From positions 50,828 to 114,827 of the forward strand of contig CAVZJP010000001.1 of NCBI GenBank assembly GCA_963775565.1: a stretch of DNA of 64,000 nucleotides, read 5' to 3'. Positions 21,350 to 31,825 of this stretch are shown here, one piece after another (positions within the stretch are counted from its first letter, which is position 1; the number at the start of each line of letters is the position of its first letter). This DNA comes from an uncultured Gammaproteobacteria bacterium (GTDB taxonomy: Bacteria; Pseudomonadota; Gammaproteobacteria; Steroidobacterales; Steroidobacteraceae). The notes beneath the pieces are model-generated. The model had not been told where the DNA came from. It worked only from the letters and a program-made list of their open reading frames with translations, and did no database searches. The position numbers and the translations under genes were made by a program.

Positions 21350-22795
21350 CTAGCCCGCGGCCAGAGCGGCGTGCGTCTCCCCTGTCTTGTGCGGCGACGA
21401 GTGCGGCTGCGAGCGCTGCTTCAATATATCGAACGCGGCAATTCGATAGGCCTCGCTCATGGTCGGAAAGTTGAAGATCTGTTCGATGAAGAAATCGGCT
21501 GTCGCGCCCGCGGCAATGGCGGCCTGCCCCAGGTGAACCAGCTCCGTCGCTCCCTCGCCGAGCACCTGGACTCCCAGGACGCGCGTGGAAACGCGCTCGC
21601 AAAGTAAAGTCAGGAATCCATGGGGCTCGCCCACGATATGCGCGCGTGCAACCTCGCTGAAATCGGCCCGCCCCATCACAAGATCGATTTTCCTTGATTT
21701 CGCCTCGCCCTGCGACAACCCGACGCAGGCGATTTCGGGAATGGTGTACACACCGCTCGGCACCAGGCTGGCCAGTGTGGGCGGCGGCAACCCCAGTGCC
21801 GCCAAGGCGGCGCGGCGCCCTTGATCGGCGGCGGCGCAGGCCAGCGCGGGCGGACCGATCGCATCGCCGGCGGCGAATAGTCCCGCGATGTTGGTTTCGA
21901 AACTCTCATTCACCGTCACCGTGCCGCGGCTGCTGATCGCTAAGCCGAGGCGGTCGAGCCCGATACCGTCGAGATTGGCGACGCGGCCGAATGCGGCAAA
22001 CACGATGTCCGCACAAATGGGTTCGCCCTCACGCAGCTGTACTTCAACCTGCGAGAAGCCGTCGAAGCGCGCGCCGCAAACCTCCGAACCGCCGCAGTAC
22101 TCGCCGCCCATGGCGCGAAACGCGTCCAGAAATCCGGTGCGCAGCGGCGGATCAAGGAATCCCAGGGGCTCGGCTGCCTTGTCCAGCATGGTGACGCTAC
22201 AGCCCAGCGCCGCAAAGATGGACGCATATTCGCAGGCAATGACGCCGCTGCCGAGCACCAGCATCGTTCGCGGGATATAGGAAAGACTCAAGATCGAGTC
22301 GCTGTCGAGAACATGTTCGTGATCGACCTGCACGGCCGGCACATGCCGCGGTCTGGATCCGGTGGCCAGCAACACGCGCGGCGCCTGCAGCATGCAACGC
22401 GAGCCATCCACGCGCTGTACCTCAATCCGCCCCGCATCCAGAAATTTGGCGCGCCCTCGAATCAGCGCGACGGCATTGCGCTTGAGCTGCGCCAGAAGAT
22501 AGCGATCCTGCGCGGCGATGACGGCATCCACGCCGTGCAATAACGCGGAGAGCGGCGCGTCGCCTTTGAGTTCCACCGCCAAAGAGGTCGCGCTGCCCAA
22601 CATGCGACGGTAGCGAAGCGCCTGTTCCCGCAACGCCTTGCTCGGGATAGTGCCCGAGAGCAGGCAGGAGCCGCCCACCATGGGCTCGCGTTCGACAATG
22701 GCGGCGCGAAAACCGGCTTTGGCGGCCTGGATCGCCGCCTTCTGTCCGGCCGGCCCCGATCCGATGCAAATGAAGTCAAATTCCTCGAGGCTCAT
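21350..22795 (-). CDS. sthA: Soluble pyridine nucleotide transhydrogenase-like flavoprotein (SthA/UdhA type)
   Basis: The start MSLEEFDFICIGSGPAGQKAA at 22793-22795 overlaps the upstream stop (ATGA). VGGSCLLSGTIPSK carries a single Cys, as in SthA rather than Lpd. A second dinucleotide fold (VLGSGVIACEYA) is present. Confidence 0.7.
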   Translation of the reverse strand: MSLEEFDFICIGSGPAGQKAAIQAAKAGFRAAIVEREPMVGGSCLLSGTIPSKALREQALRYRRMLGSATSLAVELKGDAPLSALLHGVDAVIAAQDRYLLAQLKRNAVALIRGRAKFLDAGRIEVQRVDGSRCMLQAPRVLLATGSRPRHVPAVQVDHEHVLDSDSILSLSYIPRTMLVLGSGVIACEYASIFAALGCSVTMLDKAAEPLGFLDPPLRTGFLDAFRAMGGEYCGGSEVCGARFDGFSQVEVQLREGEPICADIVFAAFGRVANLDGIGLDRLGLAISSRGTVTVNESFETNIAGLFAAGDAIGPPALACAAADQGRRAALAALGLPPPTLASLVPSGVYTIPEIACVGLSQGEAKSRKIDLVMGRADFSEVARAHIVGEPHGFLTLLCERVSTRVLGVQVLGEGATELVHLGQAAIAAGATADFFIEQIFNFPTMSEAYRIAAFDILKQRSQPHSSPHKTGETHAALAAG

Positions 22796-23649
22796 CAAAT
22801 GCCCGCCAGACTGCGGATTTGATCGCGCTTCGCCAGCATCAGCCGCCGATCGTCGGGAAAGACGCCGAGTTGCTCGAAAACCGGATTCGCCACGACCAAC
22901 TCCTGGTCCAGCAGTTGGGGATGCAGCGTGTGGGTGGCCAAGAGGTGCGCCGCGTGCACCGTTCCGGCCAGATCGCTGTTGCTCGCGGCGCGGTATTCGC
23001 GCCACTCGCTCGCCGCGGCCTGCACATCCTCGGGCAGGCGCCAACTGCTCATGAGCAAGCGGCCGAAGCGCGCTTCGAATTCGATCACCAGATCCGCAAA
23101 GGTCCGCGCGTCCATGACAGTGCGTTGCCGCGACTCGAAGCCGGCAAGAATCTTCAGCGTGAGGGCGGCGCCGGTGCGGTGCATCAACGCCGCCAGGAAT
23201 GCGCTTTCAACATGTTTGCGACGCTCGCGCGCGATCTCTTTGGCCCACAATCCGGCGAGCCACGCCTCGCGCCACAGATCCTCCGATTCCGGTTCGTGGC
23301 CGGGAGCGGTGAATACTTCGCCTCGCAGCATCACCGCCATGGCGATATTGCGCACCTCCGCGACCCCAAGCCATGAGACCGCCTGCTGCAGCGAAACGAT
23401 GGGTGAGCGCGGCCGCAGAGCCGGCGAATTCGCGACGCGCATCAGTTCGCCCGCAAGCGCGGGATCCGATTGAATCAGACGCGAAAGTTGGGCCGCATCG
23501 GTCGAGTTCTGCGCGGTGAGTTCCGCCAGCTGTGCGCAGACTCGCGGCAGGGGCGCGATTTGCTGGGGGCTGTCCAAGGATTCGATCAGAAAGGCGTGAG
23601 CCGCCTGCGAATGCAATGCGGACAGAACAACCGCGGATTGATGACTCAC
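22795..23649 (-). CDS. HDOD domain protein
   Basis: The 284-aa ORF has an HDOD-like core: QLSRLIQSDPALAGELMRVANSPALRPRSPIVSLQQAVSWLGVAEVRNIA. It has no other domain. Confidence 0.7.
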   Translation of the reverse strand: MSHQSAVVLSALHSQAAHAFLIESLDSPQQIAPLPRVCAQLAELTAQNSTDAAQLSRLIQSDPALAGELMRVANSPALRPRSPIVSLQQAVSWLGVAEVRNIAMAVMLRGEVFTAPGHEPESEDLWREAWLAGLWAKEIARERRKHVESAFLAALMHRTGAALTLKILAGFESRQRTVMDARTFADLVIEFEARFGRLLMSSWRLPEDVQAAASEWREYRAASNSDLAGTVHAAHLLATHTLHPQLLDQELVVANPVFEQLGVFPDDRRLMLAKRDQIRSLAGI

Positions 23650-23743
23650 TTCATAGCCCTCGCCTTTGTCGACCTCAATAGATCGGCATTTGCGGGGGAT
23701 GCTTGAGCCGGAGAACCTTATGTAAAATAGGTTATGTCAAATC

Positions 23744-24919
23744 TCAGCCGGTAAACGCCTTGGTCAGAGCCTGTGCAAGATCGGAGGTTAAATCTCCCGC
23801 ATCCTCCAAGCCGATCGACAAACGTACCGTCCCCTTGCCCACCAGCGACTGCGCCCGTTGTTCGGCCGTGTATTCGCCGCTGTGCAACAACTGCGCCGGC
23901 AATACCAGCGACTCGGTGGAGCCGACGCTGGCGGCGATCGAGAAGAATTCCAGGGCTTCCGCGAAGCGCGCGCTTTCCGCATGGCCACCTTCGAGTTCAA
24001 TGCTCACGACGGTGCCGAAGTCTTTCATCTGCCGACGCGCCAGCTGGTGCTGCGGGTGGCTTGCAAGACCCGGGTAGTGAACCCGTTTCACCCGCGGGTG
24101 GGCCTGCAGAAATTCGCTCACGATGAGCGCGTTGGCACACTGCCGCTCGTAGCGCAGAAAGTAGGTGCGCATGCCGCGCTGAATCAGGAAGGCCGCATGC
24201 GGATCGAGGGCGGGCCCCATCGGCCCGATGTCCCTGCGCATGCTCGAAATCAGTTCATGGCGCCCGATGATGGCGCCGCCCATGACATCGCCATGGCCCG
24301 ATGCGTACTTGGTCAGACTGTGCAAATAAATGTCGACATCGTAACCGCCGTGGTTGTGAAATCCGGCAAAGGTGTTGTCGAGCACGGTCAGACAGTTGGC
24401 CCGGCGCGCGTGCGCCGTCAAATGTTCGATGTCGGCAATTTTTGTGATTGGATTGGTGGGGCTCTCGAAGATCGCCAGACGCGTGGGCTTCTCCTTCAGC
24501 AACTTCTCGATGGCGGCCAAATCCTCGATCGACAGCATGGTATGCGTGACGCCGAACTTGGCCAGCAGGTGCTGCACGATGTAGCGTGTGGGCCCGTACG
24601 ATTCCACGAAAAGAAGCACATGATCGCCCGCCTTGCACAGCGCCAACAGACTCGCGGATATGGTTGCAACCCCGGAGCCCGTCAGCAGGCAGTCGTCCCT
24701 GCCCTGCAGCCCCGCCAGCAGGCGCTGCAATTGCGTCAAGGTCGGGTTGCTGCTGCGCGAATAGTAGAATCCTTCGCGTTCGCCGCGCTGATAACGCAGC
24801 GTTTCGTGGACATTGTCGAAGGAGAATTTGACTGATTGATAGATGGGCGAGACCAGCGCCCGATTGTCCCCGGCCAGCTCCGCCTCAGGCGGATGATTCA
24901 CGAGAGTGGTGTCTTTCAT
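23744..24919 (-). CDS. Cys/Met-metabolism PLP-dependent enzyme (cystathionine gamma-synthase / methionine gamma-lyase family)
   Basis: The internal start is MKDTTLVNHPPEAEL. The sequence reads YSRSSNPT ... ESPTNP ... the PLP-lysine motif HSLTKYASGHGD ... VRLSIGLED. Confidence 0.8.
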   Translation of the reverse strand: MKDTTLVNHPPEAELAGDNRALVSPIYQSVKFSFDNVHETLRYQRGEREGFYYSRSSNPTLTQLQRLLAGLQGRDDCLLTGSGVATISASLLALCKAGDHVLLFVESYGPTRYIVQHLLAKFGVTHTMLSIEDLAAIEKLLKEKPTRLAIFESPTNPITKIADIEHLTAHARRANCLTVLDNTFAGFHNHGGYDVDIYLHSLTKYASGHGDVMGGAIIGRHELISSMRRDIGPMGPALDPHAAFLIQRGMRTYFLRYERQCANALIVSEFLQAHPRVKRVHYPGLASHPQHQLARRQMKDFGTVVSIELEGGHAESARFAEALEFFSIAASVGSTESLVLPAQLLHSGEYTAEQRAQSLVGKGTVRLSIGLEDAGDLTSDLAQALTKAFTG

Positions 24920-24953
24920 GGAAGACACGATAATCCAAAACAGGTTGTCGCGG

Positions 24954-25868
24954 CTACGGCGAGAGGTAGCGATCCATTTCTGCGTTGATCGATGCGGTCG
25001 TGTCGAACAGCTGCGCGGCGTCCTGACCCGACAGCCCAAGATCGCGGAAACCCTGATCCAACATGAACACCGCGCGCTTCATCATTTCGGGCTCGTGCAA
25101 CGTGAAGTCCGCGAGCTTGTGCGCAACGTTGACGACGTTGCTCTCCCATTGCAACTCGCCGGCGCCCGGGTAGTTGTCCCAGTGCGCGATGACCAAGGGC
25201 ACGGGCGGCGGCAGCGACCACGCGGCGATTACCCGTTTCCCGACGTCGCGATGAAAGATCTCGATGAGACGATCATAGTCCTCGCCGTCGAGCTCTTGAC
25301 CGGCGCGCTGCGCGATGTCCTGCACGGCGCCCAAGGCGACCCCCTTGCCGATGTTGTGCAGCAATCCGCACAGATACACCAAACCCATTTCACCCCCGAG
25401 CCGGTGCGCCACCTGGCGCGACCACAGGGCGCTCGCCAATGCGTGGCGCCACAGCCGGCGCGCTTTGCGCTGCTGTCCGTGGACATGCAGCATCTTTGCC
25501 TGCAAAGCCAGCGTGAACGCGATGTTCGCGACTTCGTCGATTCCCAACCAGGCGATGGCGTGCTGCAGCGAAGCGATCGGCACCGCGGGCCGCTTGGCGG
25601 CCGATGCCACGATGTGCAGGACGTACTCGGTCAGGTTCGCGTCGGCGTGGATGATTTCGGCCAAAATCTGCGCATTGCCCGAATTCTTGGTGCCGCTGCG
25701 GACCACGCGCACGGCGACCTCCGGCAATTCCGGAATCGCCAACGCGCCGCGCGCGAGATGCCGCTGCACCAAGTCATGCACCGCATCGATGCTTTCGAGC
25801 TCCTGCATGGATTGCGTAACGGCAGACGAAACAACGACTTGAGAGGACAATCTAGCCTTGCAGGGCAC
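24954..25868 (-). CDS. HDOD domain protein (second paralogue)
   Basis: ILAEIIHADANLTEYVLHIVASAAKRPAVPIASLQHAIAWLGIDEVANIA ... GLLHNIGK. An alternative start is at 25808 (MQELESIDAV). Confidence 0.7.
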   Translation of the reverse strand: MPCKARLSSQVVVSSAVTQSMQELESIDAVHDLVQRHLARGALAIPELPEVAVRVVRSGTKNSGNAQILAEIIHADANLTEYVLHIVASAAKRPAVPIASLQHAIAWLGIDEVANIAFTLALQAKMLHVHGQQRKARRLWRHALASALWSRQVAHRLGGEMGLVYLCGLLHNIGKGVALGAVQDIAQRAGQELDGEDYDRLIEIFHRDVGKRVIAAWSLPPPVPLVIAHWDNYPGAGELQWESNVVNVAHKLADFTLHEPEMMKRAVFMLDQGFRDLGLSGQDAAQLFDTTASINAEMDRYLSP

Positions 25869-25903
25869 ATCCGCCGGAAATTAATGCGTAGAATCAGCCG
25901 ATC

Positions 25904-28900
25904 ATGAACGCCGTCGCAGATTTGGCCCAGACAGTGCAATTTTCGCTGGAAAGAGAGCCGGAATCGCGGCTGCGCGAGATTCCTTACAACTACACCTCGC
26001 TGGCGGATCGCGAAATCGTCATCCGGCTGCTGGGCGAGTCCGGTTGGGCGATTCTGGACGGGCTGCGCAGCGAGCGGCGCACAGGCCGATCCGCACGAAT
26101 GCTGTACGAAGTTCTGGGTGATATCTGGGTGGTGGATCGCAACCCGTATCTTCAGGACGACTTGCTCGATAATCCCAAGCGGCGCCGTCAACTCACCGAG
26201 GCCATGCATCATCGGCTCGGCGAGGTGGCCAAGCGGCGCGATCCCGTCGACGCGGCGCGCGACGCCAAGGTCGTGGAGTTGCTGCAGGCTGCGGTGCAGG
26301 CGGTGGCGCGATTCGAACAGCAATTCGTCGATTTCGCGGCCAAGCGCAAACGCGCGCGGCGCCTGCTTCTCAGACACACACGCGCCGACAACATCCGCTT
26401 CGATGCATTCTCGCGCGTCGCGCACGTCACCGATGCCACCGACTGGCGGGTCGAGTTGCCATTTCTGGTCCTGATGCCCGATACGGAAGCGGAGATTCCG
26501 GCGCTGGTGCGCGATTGCATCGAGCTCGGATTGACCGTCATTCCGCGCGGCGGCGGCACCGGCTACACCGGCGGCACCGTGCCCCTCACCCCTTGGTCGG
26601 CGGTCATCAATACCGAGAAACTCGAGGCATTGGGCTCCGTGGAAACGCTCGTCTTGCCGGGCAGCACACACAGCGCTGCCACCATTTTTTCCGCGGCCGG
26701 CGTCGTGACCAAGCGGGTCAGCGATGCGGCGGAGCGGGCGGGCTATGTATTCGCCGTCGATCCGACCTCCGCCGATGCGTCGTGCATCGGCGGCAATATC
26801 GCGATGAACGCCGGGGGCAAGAAGGCGGTGCTGTGGGGGACCGCGGTCGACAACCTCGCGTGGTGGCGGATGGTCGATTGCCAGGGAAATTGGCTGGAGG
26901 TGACGCGACTGAATCACAACATGGGAAAGATTCACGACGTGCTGGTCGCAAGCTTCGAGCTGATCTGGAAAGACGGCAGCGCCCCCGCGGATCGGGCGCA
27001 GGTCCTGCGCAGCGAGCGGCTCAACATCGACGGCGCCAAGTTTCGCAAAATCGGGCTCGGCAAGGACGTGACCGATAAATTCCTCGGCGGCCTGCCCGGC
27101 GTGCAAAAGGAAGGCTGCGACGGACTGATCACGGCGGCGCGCTGGATTCTGCACCGCAAGCCCAAATTCACGCGCACGGTGTGCCTGGAGTTCTTCGGCC
27201 AGGCGCGCGATGCCATCCCCAGCATCGTCGAAATCAAGCGCTACCTCGACGCCGGCGCCACGGCGCCGCAGGGCCCGCGTCTTGCCGGTCTCGAGCATCT
27301 GGACGAACGCTATCTGCGCGCCGTCGGCTACAGCACCAAGTCGAAGCGCGGCGCGCTGCCGAAAATGGTGCTGCTGGGCGACATCGTCGGCGAGGATGAG
27401 TCCCAGGTGGCCGCCGCGACCTCGCATGTGGTGCGCCTTGCCAACGCGCGCGGCGGCGAAGGATTTGTCGCCGTGAGCGCGGATGCGCGCCGCAAATTCT
27501 GGCTCGATCGCGCCAAGACGGCCGCGATCGCCAAACACACCAACGCGTTCAAGATCAATGAGGATGTTGTGATACCGCTCGAGCGCCTGGGCGAGTACAC
27601 CGATGCCGTGGAACGGATCAATATCGAACTGTCGATCCGCAACAAGCTCGAACTGCTCGATGCGCTGGACGAATATTTCTCCGCGGCGGCGGCCGCCGGC
27701 GGCATCTTGGAGACCGATACCGGGCGCCGAGCCGAAGCCCGCGATCTGCTCGCGCGCGTGGGTGCCCGCTGGGCATACCTGCTCGGGGCGATGGATACGC
27801 CCATCAACGCGGCCCGCGCCAACCTCGCGGCGCTCGAAGTGCGGGCCGCGGAACACGATTCCGGCAGTGTTTTCGACCGGCTGCAGGATCGCAGCATTCG
27901 AGTCAGCTGGAAAAGCGAGGTGCGCGAGGCGCTGGCGCGGATTTTCTCGGGCGCCGAGTTCGCGCCGGTGCTGCAGCATTGCGACACGGTGCATAAGAGC
28001 GTGCTGCAGGGGCGCGTTTTCGTCGCCCTGCACATGCACGCCGGCGACGGCAATGTGCACACCAACATTCCGGTTAATTCCGACAACTACGCGATGCTGC
28101 GCACCGCGAATCGCATCGTGGCGCGGATCATGCGCATCGCCCGCAATTTGAACGGCGTGATCTCCGGTGAACATGGCATCGGCATCACCAAGCTCGAATA
28201 CCTCACCGAGGCGGAACTGGCCGCGTTTCGCAGTTACAAGCAACAGGTCGATCCAAACGGTCATTTCAACCGGCACAAAATGATGCCGGAAAGCGATTTG
28301 CGCCGCGCCTATACCCCGAGCTTCAACCTGCTCGGGCATGAATCGCTGATCATGCAGCAATCGGATATCAGCACCATATCCGACGCCATCAAGGACTGCC
28401 TGCGCTGCGGCAAGTGCAAGCCGGTTTGCGCCACGCACGTGCCGCGCGCAAACCTGCTGTATTCGCCGCGCGACAAGATTCTCGCAACCTCATTGTTGAT
28501 CGAAGCGTTTCTCTATGAAGAGCAGACGCGGCGCGGCGTATCGATTCAGCATTGGGACGAACTATCGGACGTCGCCGATCACTGCACGGTTTGCCACAAG
28601 TGCGAGTCGCCCTGCCCGGTCGGCATCGATTTCGGCGATGTGTCCATGGGCATGCGCGACCTGTTGCGCCGCATGGGCCAGAAGCGCTTCAATCCCGGCA
28701 CCGCCGCGGCGATGTTTTTCCTCAATGCCACCAACCCGCAAACCATCAAGCTGACGCGCAAGGTCATGATCGATTGGGGCTACAAGGCGCAACGCCTCGC
28801 CAATCGTGCGTTCAAGCGACTCGCGCGCGCCCAGACCGCGCAGCCGCCGGCCACCACCGGCAACACGCCGATCAAAGAGCAGGTCATTCACTTCGTCAAC

Positions 28901-29809
28901 AAGCGCATGCCCGGCGGACTGCCGAAAAGAACTGCGCGCGCGCTGCTCGACATCGAGGACCGCAATTACGTGCCCATCATCCGCGATCCTGCCAGGGTCA
29001 CCGCGGATTCCGAAGCGGTGTTTTATTTTCCGGGTTGCGGCTCCGAGCGTCTCTTCTCACAAGTCGGGCTCGCGACGCAGGCCATGCTGTGGCACGTGGG
29101 TGTGCAGACCGTGCTGCCGCCGGGTTACCTGTGCTGCGGCTACCCACAGCGCGGCGCCGGCGAATTCGACAAGGCGGAGAAGATCATCACCGATAACCGC
29201 GTGTTGTTTCACCGCGTGGCCAACACGCTGAACTACCTGGACATCAAAACCGTGGTCGTCAGCTGCGGAACCTGCTTCGACCAGTTGCAGGGCTACGAAT
29301 TCGAAAAGATATTCCCGGGTTGCAAGATCATGGATATTCACGAATATCTCATGGAGAAGGGAGTACGGCTGGAGAATGTCACCGGCGTGCGCTACATGTA
29401 TCACGATCCCTGTCATTCGCCGATGAAAAAGCACGATCCCTTGACCGTCGTGAACACGCTGATGAACAGCACGCAAAATGGCCAGATCGCCAGGAATGAT
29501 CGCTGCTGCGGAGAATCCGGCACCCTTGCCCTCACGCGGCCGGATGTTTCGACGCAAGTGCGGTTTCGCAAGGAACAGGAAGTGCGCATCGGCGTCGAAG
29601 AGATCCGCGCCGGCGGTCACCGGGGCGACGTGAAGATATTGACGTCCTGCCCGTCGTGCCTGCAGGGTTTGAAGCGCTTCAATGACGATGCGGACATCGA
29701 TGCCGACTACATCGTCGTCGAAATTGCAAAAAATCTTCTGGGAGCCAATTGGATGCCTGAGTATGTGCAACGCGCGAATACCGGCGGCATTGAGCGTGTG
29801 CTCGTTTAG
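25904..29809 (+). CDS. DUF3683-type FAD-linked oxidase fused to 4Fe-4S/CCG (GlcD-GlcF-like) domains, 1301 aa
   Basis: Intact ORF. The N-terminus reads [29 protein letters not shown]-binding segment ([13 protein letters not shown]) is present. There are two ferredoxin-type clusters ([22 protein letters not shown]) and two CCG-like Cys-rich repeats (FPGCGSE, HDPCH). Confidence 0.8.
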   Translation: MNAVADLAQTVQFSLEREPESRLREIPYNYTSLADREIVIRLLGESGWAILDGLRSERRTGRSARMLYEVLGDIWVVDRNPYLQDDLLDNPKRRRQLTEAMHHRLGEVAKRRDPVDAARDAKVVELLQAAVQAVARFEQQFVDFAAKRKRARRLLLRHTRADNIRFDAFSRVAHVTDATDWRVELPFLVLMPDTEAEIPALVRDCIELGLTVIPRGGGTGYTGGTVPLTPWSAVINTEKLEALGSVETLVLPGSTHSAATIFSAAGVVTKRVSDAAERAGYVFAVDPTSADASCIGGNIAMNAGGKKAVLWGTAVDNLAWWRMVDCQGNWLEVTRLNHNMGKIHDVLVASFELIWKDGSAPADRAQVLRSERLNIDGAKFRKIGLGKDVTDKFLGGLPGVQKEGCDGLITAARWILHRKPKFTRTVCLEFFGQARDAIPSIVEIKRYLDAGATAPQGPRLAGLEHLDERYLRAVGYSTKSKRGALPKMVLLGDIVGEDESQVAAATSHVVRLANARGGEGFVAVSADARRKFWLDRAKTAAIAKHTNAFKINEDVVIPLERLGEYTDAVERINIELSIRNKLELLDALDEYFSAAAAAGGILETDTGRRAEARDLLARVGARWAYLLGAMDTPINAARANLAALEVRAAEHDSGSVFDRLQDRSIRVSWKSEVREALARIFSGAEFAPVLQHCDTVHKSVLQGRVFVALHMHAGDGNVHTNIPVNSDNYAMLRTANRIVARIMRIARNLNGVISGEHGIGITKLEYLTEAELAAFRSYKQQVDPNGHFNRHKMMPESDLRRAYTPSFNLLGHESLIMQQSDISTISDAIKDCLRCGKCKPVCATHVPRANLLYSPRDKILATSLLIEAFLYEEQTRRGVSIQHWDELSDVADHCTVCHKCESPCPVGIDFGDVSMGMRDLLRRMGQKRFNPGTAAAMFFLNATNPQTIKLTRKVMIDWGYKAQRLANRAFKRLARAQTAQPPATTGNTPIKEQVIHFVNKRMPGGLPKRTARALLDIEDRNYVPIIRDPARVTADSEAVFYFPGCGSERLFSQVGLATQAMLWHVGVQTVLPPGYLCCGYPQRGAGEFDKAEKIITDNRVLFHRVANTLNYLDIKTVVVSCGTCFDQLQGYEFEKIFPGCKIMDIHEYLMEKGVRLENVTGVRYMYHDPCHSPMKKHDPLTVVNTLMNSTQNGQIARNDRCCGESGTLALTRPDVSTQVRFRKEQEVRIGVEEIRAGGHRGDVKILTSCPSCLQGLKRFNDDADIDADYIVVEIAKNLLGANWMPEYVQRANTGGIERVLV

Positions 29810-29813
29810 ATAA

Positions 29814-31139
29814 ATGGAAACGGCACCCGAAATCTGCGACGTCGCCGTGATCGGCGGCGGTCCCGCGGGCAGCACCGCGGCGGCACTGCTGGCGCGCCGC
29901 GGCCACCGGGTCATCGCGCTGGAGAAGGCGCATCACCCTCGGTTCCACATCGGCGAATCCTTGCTGCCCATGAACCTTCCGGTATTCGATCGATTGGGCG
30001 TACTGGACAAGGTGCGGGCGCTCGGGGTCCTCAAGGCAGGTGCCGATTTCGAAGCCGACAACGAACGCGGCTACAACACCTTCGCATTCAGCAAGGCGAT
30101 CGGCAACAGCCCGCCGCATGCATTCCAGGTCTGGCGCCAGGATTTCGACCAGATGCTCTTCCGGCACGCGGGTGCATGCGGCGCCGATGCCCGCGAGGGA
30201 CACGAGGTCATCGCGGCGGAACAAACGGGTCCTCGGGAAACGCTGCTCGAGGTGCGCACCGGAGAGGGCCGCAGCTACCGCTTGCAGGCGCGCTACCTCG
30301 TCGACGCCAGCGGCCGCGATGCCTTCCTGGCCGCGAGAAAAAAGCTGCGCCGCAAGAATGACCGGCATCAAAGCGCCGCGATTTTCGGCCACTTCCGCGG
30401 CGCCCTGCCGCGCACAGGCGAGGATGCCGGCAACATCAGCATCTACCGGTTCGATCATGGTTGGGTGTGGATGATTCCGCTGCCGGACGGCGTCATGAGC
30501 ATCGGCGCGGTTTGCCGGCCGGAATACTTGAAGCGGCGCAAGGGTCGGACCGCGGAATTTTTGCTGGAGACGCTGCGGCAGAACCCGAATCTGTGGCGGC
30601 GCATGGAACGCGCCGAATTGATCGGCGAGGTCCGCGTCACCGGCAACTATTCCTACGATTCCACGCAAATGGGCGGACCGGGTTGGGTCCTGATCGGCGA
30701 TGCCTTCGCATTTCTCGATCCGGTGTTCTCCTCCGGCGTTTATCTTGCGATGAGCGGCGCCGAGCAGGCCGCGGCCGTGGTGGACACCGCCCTGCGCGAG
30801 CCGCGGCGTGAACCTGCGCTGCTGCGCAGGCTGGAGAAGCGGCAACGCGCCGGCATGGCGCGGTTTTCATTTTTCATCTATCGCTTCAACGAATCGATCA
30901 TGCGGCAGATGTTCGGCGCGCCGCGCAACACCTGGCAGCTCGAACAGGCCGTGATCTCGATGCTGGCGGGCGATCTATTCGATACGCCCAAAGTCCTGCG
31001 GCGCTTGATGCTGTTCAAGATGGTGTATGCGGCAGCGGGCCTGCGCAACATCAGACGCTGGCTCACCGAGTATCGGTACCGGCTCGCGCAGGCGAGAGTT
31101 CAGTTCACCGGCGGCAACACCCCGCTCGACAAGGAGTGA
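29814..31139 (+). CDS. FAD-dependent oxidoreductase of the flavin-dependent halogenase-like family
   Basis: DVAVIGGGPAGSTAA (GxGxxG), HIGESLLP and GWVWMIPL (a WxWxIP signature) are present. It starts 4 nt after the preceding gene. Confidence 0.6.
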   Translation: METAPEICDVAVIGGGPAGSTAAALLARRGHRVIALEKAHHPRFHIGESLLPMNLPVFDRLGVLDKVRALGVLKAGADFEADNERGYNTFAFSKAIGNSPPHAFQVWRQDFDQMLFRHAGACGADAREGHEVIAAEQTGPRETLLEVRTGEGRSYRLQARYLVDASGRDAFLAARKKLRRKNDRHQSAAIFGHFRGALPRTGEDAGNISIYRFDHGWVWMIPLPDGVMSIGAVCRPEYLKRRKGRTAEFLLETLRQNPNLWRRMERAELIGEVRVTGNYSYDSTQMGGPGWVLIGDAFAFLDPVFSSGVYLAMSGAEQAAAVVDTALREPRREPALLRRLEKRQRAGMARFSFFIYRFNESIMRQMFGAPRNTWQLEQAVISMLAGDLFDTPKVLRRLMLFKMVYAAAGLRNIRRWLTEYRYRLAQARVQFTGGNTPLDKE

Positions 31140-31181
31140 CCGGCCCCGCGGGACCGGGAAGTCCAGCGGCCGTACGATGTA

Positions 31182-31759
31182 CTACTCCAATATCACCCTC
31201 GACTTGGCATCGGCGTCGCCGTCGATGTCGATGACCCGACCGTCGTCGTCAAATTTGACGCGAAACTCCGAGAAGCTGCTCACCCAGAAGCGCCAGGTTT
31301 TATCTTCGAGATGGTGATTCTCGCTGCTCACGGGGTATCCGACCGACATCAGCACCTGTTCACGGGTCATCCCTAGGGTCACGACGGGCGGAAGAGATCG
31401 CGTCCTGAATCTTCTTCGGGAACGTCGCGATTTTGGCCGCGGGGTCGTCCGCAACCACGTAGCGCTTCGCAAAGGTCACCATGGTCCAGGTCGCGGCTGT
31501 AGTCGTTGCCGATCGCCTGGCTCTTGCCGTTGATGTCCACTTTCACCCGATAGTGGCCATATCCCGTGACTTTGAGCGGCGTGCCCACCGGGACGATCTT
31601 CTTGCCGTTCTCATCGTAATTAATATCGCTGATCCATGACCCGTCGGTGCGCATATTGCAGCACAGATACCCGACCGGCTTTTCTTCCGGCGCCGGAGCG
31701 CCGGCATGGCTCGCGGTCATCAGGAATGCGAAAACCCACACTGGTAAAGATCGCGCCAC
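31182..31759 (-). pseudogene. Small secreted protein with C-terminal SmpA/OmlA (BamE-like) segment, frame broken twice (about 31478-31488 and 31384-31392)
   Basis: A GTG start at 31759 follows AGGAG. Frame A encodes MARSLPVWVFAFLMTASHAGA ... GKSQAIGNDYSRDLD. Frame B (my translation) encodes MVTFAKRYVVADDPAAKIATFPKKIQDAISSAR. Frame C encodes VVTLGMTREQVLMSVGYPVSSENHH ... VILE. The span is 578 nt (3n+2), which fits two extra bases. Confidence 0.55.
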
Positions 31760-31825
31760 GACTCTCTCCTTATTCTATTGACGATGGCCCGCGCTATTGT
31801 AGGGACTCGATCCGCGCCGTGCCAG

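Noticed and set aside
1704-25039. Long 5' extensions offered by the ORF track (1704..2873, 19823..21340, 21350..23044, 23744..25039, 50582..51394 and others)
   Set aside because: The extensions overlap the upstream gene and translate to Arg/Gly/Pro-rich non-homologous sequence. Internal starts give canonical N-termini, RBS-like sequences or ATGA/GTGA coupling with the neighbour.
25631-28438. 935-aa minus-strand ORF, the longest unexplained ORF in the track
   Set aside because: It is entirely antisense to the strongly conserved 1301-aa DUF3683/FAD/Fe-S gene. Its Arg/Ala/Gly/His-rich composition has no recognisable motif. This is a typical shadow ORF of GC-rich DNA.
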